64,000 nucleotides of DNA. It comes from Hyphochytrium catenoides. Lineage: Eukaryota; Protista; Hyphochytriomycota. The number at the start of each line of letters is the position of its first letter. Positions within the stretch are counted from its first letter, which is position 1. The position numbers and the translations under genes are program-made. Positions 1-9,818 of this stretch are shown piece after piece. Location: NCBI GenBank assembly GCA_900088475.1, contig FLMG01001570.1, positions 201,310 through 265,309 of the forward strand, read 5' to 3'. The notes under the pieces were generated by a model. The model saw only the letters and a program-made list of their open reading frames with translations, had not been told where the DNA came from and searched no databases.

Positions 1-1901
1 TTGATATCCTCTCCTGGAGGCTTATTGCGTTGTTAGCGGGCGGTGTCCTGCACTTCCTCTGTAGCTCCATCGCGCCTGTGCCTGTCTATGGCGCTTGTTG
101 GCCCGACAGAAATCTACTTTCAGTGTAAACAGAACACAGATCCGCTCTTCTCTGTGTCTTCAGCTTTCCAATGGAAACTTACAGAGAGGGAACGAACCTT
201 TCTTTCCAAAGATATCGTGCATTAAAAAGGACTGAGGTATGGAGAAACTTATGTGAATATTTCGCGACTTGAAGTGACAGGGCAGGAACCAAGCTCCCCA
301 AAGGACAGATGTAGAATTGTTCTCAGAAACTGCACAGAGCTGCTTGTTTGAGGGGATTATTATTCAGTTCATCGTCGGCTATTATCTTGATGTTCGACGG
401 TCGATGCAGGAGAACTCCTGTCTGGGCCGCAGGCCGCGAAGAAGATTTGGTGATGATGAAACGCTGGTGTTGAGATGCAAGGATGTAAGTGTGCTGCTAG
501 TAGTAGTTGTGGTCCTGCGCGTTATGAAGCTCTGTCTACTCTGGCTGTAGTAATGCAACAAAAAAGGACTGCTGACTGCTGAAGCTCCTGACAACGGAAG
601 GCTGGCAGCGATGCAATCTTGGAAAGAGTTGCGAGATTTCTGTGAGTCCTTGGTAGGTGTAGGAGCAATCAAGTGTTAGGGCACCGTAGCAGTAGTAGTA
701 GTTCATCTGTGGTGGTGAGCCAAGACTCTGACAGGGGAGAAGAGGAATAAGGGAAGAGTAATAGTCAGCAACAGATGAACAGTAAGTGTGACAAGAGTAT
801 CTTCCCACCGTTCAGGAGATCAGGATGATATACATTGTTCTTGAATCATTAACAAAGACTTGATAATATAATAACAGTGCTGATATTACGTTACCAAACA
901 GAGATCATTGGATTCCCCCTTGAGCTTTAAAGAACGCTGTATCTAGCTGTAAGTTCTAAGATAATAGAACAGACACTGGGACCAAAGCCCAAAAGCTGCG
1001 CTGAGTAGAAGAGCTAACAATAATGGTTATGGGCCCACACGAGCCTTACTTCTTTTAGAAGCGAGCTGTATGATGTAGATGTCCTCTAGTGAGAAGAAGG
1101 ACAATGGCTCGCAACAACAGGAGGAGGAGGAACAGCAGATTGAGTACTACCTCCATCCAGCAGGACTTCACTGCAGATATAACACCCGCACTCGCCTCTA
1201 TGGCCACTAAATCTTCACCTCCTGTAGTCGCAATAGAGCAATAATAAAACAGCAATAATATGGCCTGTATTATGGATCTGCGCGCTTCAACTGCGCTTCA
1301 TCATTGTCGAAAGGTGCCCCCTGATAAAGACTTGGATGATTGTGACAATCGGTCAGGGCCCGTTCTACGTCGTAGAACTATTTGGTACAGCTGTACAATG
1401 TACAAGGCTTTGACTTCATGATGACCCGCTCCTGACCCGATGATGGACCATCTTGTGATGACTTGCTGATTGACCTGGTGGACGACCTGCTGAAGACCTG
1501 GGCTGATTGAAGGACTCACAGAGGAGGGAAGACCCGGGGTGGACCCGTACGACCCAAGTTGCTTGACACAATGTCGTGAAGCTCGAAGCTTGTACGATGT
1601 ACTCGTACTCGGCGTACACTCTCCAAATAGTTTGTGCGTTCGTGCAAAGGTAGTTCCTACGTGTACTGGTACATTTGGTAGGCAAGTGGCTCCGGGAGTA
1701 GGTCTGGAGGCCCTCGAGAACCGTTTTCCTTTTGGACGTTTATGATGATGAAATGATGAAGGCCCGCCCAAGGGATCGGCTTATGATCCTCATCTTGACG
1801 CGGCAGCAGCGGCCAGCGGCCAGCCCCGAGCGTCGAAGAAGAAGAGTCTGAACTAACCAAGAGGGAGAGAAAGAAAAGAGTGAGACAAACAGACAGTCAA
1901 A

Positions 1902-1922
1902 GAGAGAGAGAGAGAGAGAGAG
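1902..1922 (+). repeat. (GA)n microsatellite upstream of the ER lectin gene
   Basis: agagagag run. Confidence 0.9.
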
Positions 1923-2143
1923 GGACACCTGAGTCCATCGTCTGAAGTGCTGTTAACGTGCCCGCTCAAAGCGAATCCTCCGGAAGCTGGCATCGGGCCC
2001 GTTCTGTCTTTGGGGAGAAGTGAATAGGTCCCACAGCGCATCCGACAGAGGATGAAGGAGGCTCCATTCTTTGACAAGTATTAGTAGCGACGCTGATGTT
2101 ACTATAGGAAGCCTACGATATGTTTCGTTGTACATCTCGACAA

Positions 2144-3589
2144 ATGTCGGCCCTTACTGGGCTGCAAGGCCGACGATGTCTTTTGGCATTGTTGCTATTC
2201 TCCTGTTCTTACGTGGAGGGATTTTCCTTTTCAAGTCCAAAGACGGATGGACTTAACGTGAAGGAGCCTTCATACGTTATCAACCTGCATGCAAGTGCAG
2301 CTGAGTTTGAGGCAAAGTATCCTGGAATAACACTGTCTTCGGCTAGTATGCCCATGAGCACCAAGACAGGAGCTCAGTACCAATGCTACCTACCCGATAT
2401 TGGTTCTTCAACAAAGGAAGGAGATTCACTAGTTGACCGCAGCGAACATCAGCGTTTAAATGCCATCCATTTGACATCCACCCAAAAGCGGAGACTACTG
2501 CTAGAGGCTGCTGCAGCCGTCGGCATCAGAGAAGAACCAACTCCGCCTTGTCTCATCTTTCGTGCTGGGTATTGGGCCTATGAGGTCTGTCCCTCAAACT
2601 ATGTTCGGATGTTTCACATATCAGACAATAGCGAGGACCCTCAGCGATTGCTGGGATCTTATAGTAGGCTGCAGGACGACTTCAAGCCGCTTTTCGCTGA
2701 ACACCTTGAACGCTTGCAGAAAGAAGGCGTAGAAGGTGTCGAAGAGATACCAGCTGTTGCCTATACTCAAAATTTCGTTGGAGGAGATGGTGATAGCGCC
2801 AAGGTTCAGTATATCTGCAGCCGCAGCTCTGATGCGCTAATACATGTCACTGGGGATCCTGAGGGCCAAATAGCGGCGGATCTTTCGTTAAATCCAACGT
2901 TCCTGGTCACGAGTCCATCTATTTGCTCGGTCGACTGGAGTATTAAAGCTGCCGGTACACCGGCTGGGCTGGTTGCTGACGTCAAGAAATATCTAGAACC
3001 ACTTCTAGAGTCCGAGACCTGTGTAAAAAAGACCGAAGGATGGTGGACTTATGAAGTGTGCCTTGGCCGGTACATCCGGCAATTTCATCGTAATTCTGAT
3101 GGCATCATCTCCTCAGAGTACGTACTGGGCGAATTTGATGAAGCAACCAACGATGAGATGGCTAAATCTGGCAGTGCTATCAGTGTGGAAACGTGGGTTG
3201 CAACTGGGCAGGAGCATTCGCATCGTGTCTACGTAGAAAAATACTCAGGAGGGACCCATTGCTCAGAGACACAAGTCCCACGATCTACCAAACTACTACT
3301 TTTCTGCGCCCACGGAAACCACCACTACATACTATCAGTCAAGGAGGAGAAGACTTGCACCTACACAGTGCATCTCGCCACTCCGCTGCTTTGTGCACAT
3401 TCTGCATTCCACTCCAACCGCAAAGCGAAGGAGTCACAGCCTCCGCTAGCTGTACATTGCGTGCCGACCATCCCTAAAGGGGGAAGTGCCTCGAAGATAG
3501 ATCAAACAGAGCTAGATGCGATAGATCTCGTCTCAGAAGTAGAGGTGGATGAGTTGCCCCATATCACGACCAAAAGAGTTACCCATTAG
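2144..3589 (+). CDS. ER lectin, OS-9/ERLEC1 (XTP3-B)-like, two MRH domains; single exon
   Basis: Intact 489-aa ORF (ATG at 2120, or more likely 2144 just before the signal peptide CLLALLLFSCSYVEG). It has the N-terminal QYQCYLP motif and two MRH repeats: CLIFRAGYWAYEVCP..VRMFH and CVKKTEGWWTYEVCLGRYIRQFH..YSGGTHC..PRST..C..VKEEKTCTYTVHLATPLLC. Confidence 0.9.
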   Translation: MSALTGLQGRRCLLALLLFSCSYVEGFSFSSPKTDGLNVKEPSYVINLHASAAEFEAKYPGITLSSASMPMSTKTGAQYQCYLPDIGSSTKEGDSLVDRSEHQRLNAIHLTSTQKRRLLLEAAAAVGIREEPTPPCLIFRAGYWAYEVCPSNYVRMFHISDNSEDPQRLLGSYSRLQDDFKPLFAEHLERLQKEGVEGVEEIPAVAYTQNFVGGDGDSAKVQYICSRSSDALIHVTGDPEGQIAADLSLNPTFLVTSPSICSVDWSIKAAGTPAGLVADVKKYLEPLLESETCVKKTEGWWTYEVCLGRYIRQFHRNSDGIISSEYVLGEFDEATNDEMAKSGSAISVETWVATGQEHSHRVYVEKYSGGTHCSETQVPRSTKLLLFCAHGNHHYILSVKEEKTCTYTVHLATPLLCAHSAFHSNRKAKESQPPLAVHCVPTIPKGGSASKIDQTELDAIDLVSEVEVDELPHITTKRVTH

Positions 3590-4424
3590 AAAGTAAATCT
3601 AGGCTCATTTATGAGTGCGGTGAGAAGCTTCAGGATGCTCGCTTAGGGGTGCTTGTATGGACAGGTGTTCTCTTTGCTAGGAGTGGTTCTGAAGTCTGAA
3701 CGGTAGGGGCAACGGACAACCTTCACTTCAGCTAGCCAACAATAGTAAAATAAGACTGGTAGAACTAATGGCTTGGTTAGCCAGGGACAGAGCTTGCTGA
3801 AAGGTGAAACATCGGCCTTGTTGTAGCGCGCAACTAGCGGAACAGCGCAAAGGGTTATTTATAAGTACAGCAAGTACCAAGAGACAACACTCCAGGGATT
3901 TAGGACTGCAATCTGAAGTAACTATCTTCTCGAAAGATTGACAAGACGTGACCAACTTATGTAATTATTTACTTGTACAACTACTTCTGCCTTGTTGTGG
4001 AGTAATTAGTTAGGAAGCTAGTTCTAGGATTACGATGGCCCAAGACACACACACACACGATAACAACAACGTGTGATCCAGGTTATGAATCTGCTTCGAT
4101 GGCGTTTAGGATACTGCTTTATATACCTTTACCGGCTATATTCCTGCTCGAGAATTAAAGAGGAACTGACTAGTTCAGCTTGTATTCTAAATCCCTCAAT
4201 ATGATGAGGTCTGCATGATAAACAGCGAAGCGATCTATTGGGCTCCCGCCGCTGAAGTGTCAAGCTTCAAAGGTGGAGCTAAGCCATAGAGTTTGGGGTC
4301 TGCACCATCTCTAAGTAAAGACGTAAGTAGAAGCTTCAGATCTTCTTATTGGGCCGGGCTGACAGCTCAAAGAGCATATTATCAGACTGCAATAATAGGC
4401 CGGCTAGAGCTTAGATAGGTCAAG

Positions 4425-5980
4425 ATGCTCAGCAGGTTAGCCAGGGTTCCCAAGCCCACTCTGCTGAAAGTGGCGCAGGGCCCCACTCGCCCTGGATATG
4501 TGGCAGTGATCAGGGGAAAGTCCACCGGTAAGGATATTTGCCACATTTGTCCTCCAATAGGGCTGTAAAACTTATGCAGAGCTCCAGTTGCCAAATCAAG
4601 CAAAGATGAGGAAAAGAAGCCTCTTAGCCCTTCTTTCGCGGAGAAGTATCACCTCAACGACTGGAGAATTGCCGTACCTCTTGGTCTCTTCGTTGGCGTT
4701 CCTGCTCTTCGTAACGATGTGAGTTCAGCAACGTTATCTGAATGACGATATGCACCAGGCTGAACCGTGATTGATTTTAGATCTACGTTTTGAATGAAGA
4801 ATCCCAGCTGGCCATTTGCTTCGTGCTCTTTGTAGGAGCAGGTTATAAGTTTCTCCATAAGCAGCTCGACGCTTTCATCCAGGAAAAAAGAGCAGAAGAA
4901 CTTCGGTGAGAAGCTGTGGTGCGTCCTCCCGTCACATTATTCGAGTTAACTAACCTATTACACATAAAGCGCCGTAAATGAGGCCGAGGACTACCACATC
5001 CAGCGCCTTGAGGAGGCGATCGAGCAATATAAGAGCATTGGCGCCTTTGAAAAGGTAGAGAGTGTCTGCCTCGGCTAGACTTAGATGCTTCTCACAACCT
5101 TTACCTCTGAAGGATGTCGTTGCTATCAACGAAGATATGAAGGCTTTCGTCGAGGACTGTGCAACTTTGGTCAACACCAAGTCCAAGCATCTTCTCAGGG
5201 ATTACTTCGTACAAAGGATGGACACCGTCATCCAGCTGGAAGCCAGAACCGCCAGAGCCAGAGAAGCCGCAATGATCCGAGAAGGCACTAAGAGGACGAT
5301 GGAGACTTTCCTAAGTGCCAAACGTGAAGGAAGCAGCCTCAGTGACGACTATTTCAAGCAGGTGTGGAGGAGTTGTCGTATGTTCGTCACTACTCATATG
5401 GCCATTGACAAAGACACCCTAGGCTCTGGCAGTGCTTGAGAACCCAGAGTCTGAGATTGAGGATCCTGTTGCGGAAGTCTTCACTAAGCATTGCGTGCAG
5501 TACCTGTAAGTTTATTGGGAGGAGAGAAAAAGCACCGACTTTGCCGTCTCAGTTCGGCGCCCCTAATCTCTGGTTGTGGCTACTAGGGAGGAGTTCGACA
5601 AAAAGTTCTCCGGCGACATCCAGCTCGACCCCGAAACCCGCCAAAGGCTGCAGGAGAAATCAGATGTAAGTCTTATCCTATGCAAGACGTGTGAACTGCT
5701 TTTAATTGTTCATTACTTTCGGCCTCGAAATGGCTATCAGGGTTGTCTTCCTATCAGGGTTGTCCTCCAAAACTTCCCTGCACCTTTCAACTTGCCCATA
5801 ATCTCTTCTTTTACTTTGTTTCTGTCGTCACCTTCCTGGCACAATAACCCAATGCCGTGCTCCTATTGTCTCTGCTGTCATCAGGCTAGTTCAAAAAGGT
5901 GGAACTACGCGGGCCAGAGAGTTGTTATTCCTGAAACTTGGAATGTGAACAGAGTCCCATGGGAGCTCTTCAAGCCGTAA
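4425..5980 (+). CDS. Mitochondrial ATP synthase peripheral stalk subunit b (ATP4/ATP5PB-like), multi-exon
   Basis: Spliced by hand through GT-AG introns. Presequence MLSRLARVPKPTLLKVAQGPTRPGYVAVIRGKST, then ..NDWRIAVPLGLFVGVPALRND|IYVLNEESQLAICFVLFVGAGYKFLHKQLDAFIQEKRAEELR.., then a long helical stalk. The YVLNEE motif between two hydrophobic segments is typical of subunit b. The ORF track misses the N-terminal half. Confidence 0.75.
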
Positions 5981-6461
5981 ATCACCTTAGTGGTGATGTG
6001 TATGCTCGTCATACAGCAATGAGAGTGGCAGTCGGATGCCGTAGTGTAGTCAGAATTGAGCCTCAGTAGGTGGAAGAATAGGCTGGGTTTGAAGCTGGGC
6101 TTTTATCGATAGCTCCGTCGTTATGGTGCGAATCCGCCATCTGGATGCGCGCCGAAGACTAGACACTAGTGCTTAACTAGGATCAACGAGATGGACTTCC
6201 AGCTTGTCTCTTTTCCATTCTCATCATCCTCTAACGAGTTCTGATAGAGTCATCTGTGACCACATAAGCATTACACTGTTTGCGCTCAATCTACTCGGAT
6301 AAACCTTCTTGAATTGACGAACTCAGAAGAAAAGGTACTAGGACCCTTCATCTTTGGCAGCTATACCTCCCCATACTTAGTTCTACTGTCGTGAACGGGG
6401 GAACCTCGAGTTAGTAGGCCATAGTTCTAATTTACCTTTCTCATTCCTCTCACTTTAGCTG

Positions 6462-7233
6462 TTAGAATCTCTTTGACTTACTAAAGCCTGTAGCAGGGCC
6501 TGTTCTAAAGCCAGTGGCGTCCAAATTGTAGATTGGTCCAGGACTAGACGAGCTTCGAGACTTAGCTTTTAACCTCTTTTCACTGCCAAAGGAAAAGCCT
6601 TTGTTCAAGCTCCCTACTGTGGACATAACCTCCGTAGTTGGCCCTGGAGTGTCATTCTTGGGATTAATATCCCCTCGCGCAGAGATCCCGAAGCCGATGG
6701 CAGGGGCGTTGGAGCCTCCTACGGTGGTGGGAAGGTTGTACACCGGCCCCGGACTTGGCGTCTTTTGACCAGTAGCCGACATCCTTTCGGCCATACAAAA
6801 TTTTATGGTTGGTGAGGTCCTTTTCTCTGAAGTGGGCTGTGTCGTGCAAGCAGTCACAGCTCTGTAGGCTCCCGGGCCTGAAGAAGATGTGAGTTAGAGT
6901 TCTATGAGAGTTGCTCTCCCAGCCTCTCATATTGACAGACCTGCTCCTCCTTCCGCTCTATTTGTGGGGCTCCTTCCCGCTGTTCCGAAGCCAAATCCAC
7001 CATTTGTCATTGTTGATGGTAAGAGATACATTGCATCTGAACAAAGTGAGGCTGAGCTTCGACCCATCCGTTGCAAAGACAATCAAGACCGGCTATTCTC
7101 CATTACCTGTGCTGCTGCTTCGACCCAGCTCCGAGAACCTCTGTTGCGTTGTAAAGGGAGTCGCATGGGCATCGTGTGTCCCATTCTTAGTTGGGGAGAA
7201 GACCGCAGGGAGTTTGTTTGGAGAATATGGCAT
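6462..7233 (-). CDS. SHIPPO-1/ODF3-like PG-rich repeat flagellar protein, multi-exon
   Basis: Repeated GPGAY / SPGPVYNL / TPGP / SPGPIYNL motifs followed by FSFG..R-type spacers. Exons join through GT-AG introns. The start is MPYSPNK at 7233; upstream exons toward 7540 are possible. Confidence 0.75.
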
Positions 7234-7704
7234 GATTTCGACCTGGTGATGAACTATTGTGACCAACAGAATGAGCTTCTCATACTCTATAGCAAGTGCT
7301 GAGAACCTCCACTCCCGCCACCAACAAGAGTTACCTCGGAGGGAGCGCGAAGAGAGACACCGTCCCCTTACTGCTACGTCGGCCTCCAATCACCAACAAC
7401 AAAGGTGCGGAGAAAACTCCAACAATTCTAAGGAGGAAGGTTAATAGAGGTTGTGAAGAGAGCACCCATCTTAGCGAGCTCTTCGCCGTTTGAGCCCGCG
7501 GGGCGTATCCTTGGTTTACTACTTGTACTGCACTGTCCATCCGTCTGGCTACCGATGGGGAAGGACTGATGAGGTTGGAGGAGGGAAGGAAAGACCTGGC
7601 CCATTATACAGCGGGGGAACGTGACAGGGACATACCATGGCAGACAGATCTATCAGGGGAATGGGAGCGAGAGAGAAGGAAAGAGGAAGATTGATTGGGA
7701 GATG

Positions 7705-7795
7705 ACAGAGAGAGAGTGAGTGAGAGAGAGTGAGAGAGAGATCGAGAGTGAGAGGCGGAGAGAGCGAGAGCGAGCGAGAGAGAGAGAGAGAGAGA
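7705..7795 (+). repeat. Imperfect (GA)n tract
   Basis: GA repeat interrupted by GT and GC. Confidence 0.85.
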
Positions 7796-9818
7796 TGTAC
7801 CTCCTATTCTGTCTGTACTGTAGATGTAAATCGAAGAGCCACCGCATTGAAACCATGCAATCAATGGCGAATATTTCGCTGAAGTTTATTTGTCCCAGAC
7901 TTACAGTGGGTAAGAAGTGTGAAACTATAGTATAGGAATCTATCGTTTGGGGGGGTTACATCCTGTTGATGGAGACAGCGCAAGAAGGTGATGAGAGCCG
8001 GGAAGCTGTGCTGCTGCTTCTTATTATTTATAAAAATGCTTACTACGGTCGCCACACTGAGAATGCATTCTGCAGTGGTAAAACTATTAGAAAGAACGAT
8101 GATGAGAAGAAGACCTCCCCACTAGACGGATGATGAGATGTCGCTTCTTGGGAGCAGCTAGAAGAGTTGGTAAATCGTTATTGATAGGCTCGGTTCATCA
8201 GTCCCTGCTGGAAGGTTTTCCTCCATACTATGATGAGAAAGGCATGGACTATAAGCATAGACGACTATAGCAGCCTTGTCAAGAGCATCATCTACACGAT
8301 CCCATCATCTTTATGTGATAACAAACGGATCTTGCGATGATCTGGACCCTTCTTCCGACTAATCTCCTATTTGTAGAGAAAAATAATCATTCCTATCATG
8401 AAGACAGTCTCCTCAAATAACATGGTGATTACTCACATATCATTGTAGCGTAGAGTTTAGACATCCTACTTGCATCATCAAGATATCAGTGAGGTACTAT
8501 TACTGGTAGATGTGGCAGTTACTATCGTCTTCTTTTCTTCAACAGTATATAGGAGAGAGGACTCGTCCGTTGTTGTTCTTGCTGTTGTTTGCATAATGAT
8601 GGAGTGTCAACCAGGTCATAAGTATTCTGGAAGCGTGTGGCTAGTCTACTTTTTAGAGAGGGAGACGTCCGCCACCAATATCCTTACCTTTAACGATAAT
8701 AATACATAACGACGGCCTCGGCGTTGAAAAGAGTTGCAACAAATCCACCATCATTATCATCATCATTCTCATGAGAGGAGTCCATGACCTCCTCTGGTGG
8801 TGCTGGTCCTGGAAAGATGATATAGTCCTTAATCCAGTTTATAAGGAATGGGCATGGCTGCTGATGGTCTCTCTGCTTTATAATGCATTTGAAAGAAGAA
8901 GCTCTCATTACTGCTAGAATATTTATACATGAAAATTATCAGCACTTAGGGTAGGGGCCCGGGAGGGGCACCACACCAAGGCACAACATTATTGTCTGAT
9001 TTCGAACTGAACGCATACAGGTAAGTAAGTACCAACATGTTGGACAAGTGCTTATGTACTTATGTACTTGTTAGCCCCCTGGAACTTACAATATATGAGC
9101 ATTCCCTGTTGTGCGTCGTCGTTGTTCATGTGTTGCCCTTACATCCTTTCAGGGAACAAGGACCATCACCTAACCATGACAGCCCCAGACCTCCCCTCCA
9201 CCCTTCCTCTCCCCTGCATACCTCGTAAGATAACACTGTCGCGCTCTTTCTCTATCGCATCGCACTCTGTCTCTCGACACCTCACTCTGTCTTCTCTTTC
9301 CTATCTCTGTCTTTTTCTCCTACCCCCAATCCCGTTCTACATTTCTTTTGTAGATCTTTTACCAATCTCTCTTCTCCTGAAGCCTCCCTCTCAATGCCAG
9401 TGGGAAGATCTCTTCTCTCCTCCCTCTTCCTCTCTCTCTCGGGCTCGGTATAATCTCTCTCTGTCTCTGTGAGAGGTATGTGCACCCTTTTGAGAACTTT
9501 TTGGTCGATGGCCCGTGACTCACAGTGAGCGGCTGCAGCTTCTCCGTGAGCTGGCAGGAGAAGCTTCATGAGCCAGAAAGCTTGTGCAGACGACCCCAGA
9601 GTGCGAAGAGGGCATCCTCTAAACCCTTGCAGACCGCTGACAGAGGCGGCCCAAGCGAAGATTGTAGTGGAGAGGCTGAGAGCGAGAGCAAAGCTAGATC
9701 CAGGAGGAAAACTGCGGCCATTCATCTGATACTATTTGGGCCCAGAGAGGTCGAGACGCAACCCAATCTTGGGAGCTAGGAGCAGAGGAAGCCTAGCGGG
9801 CTGTAGAGTTGCTTTAGG

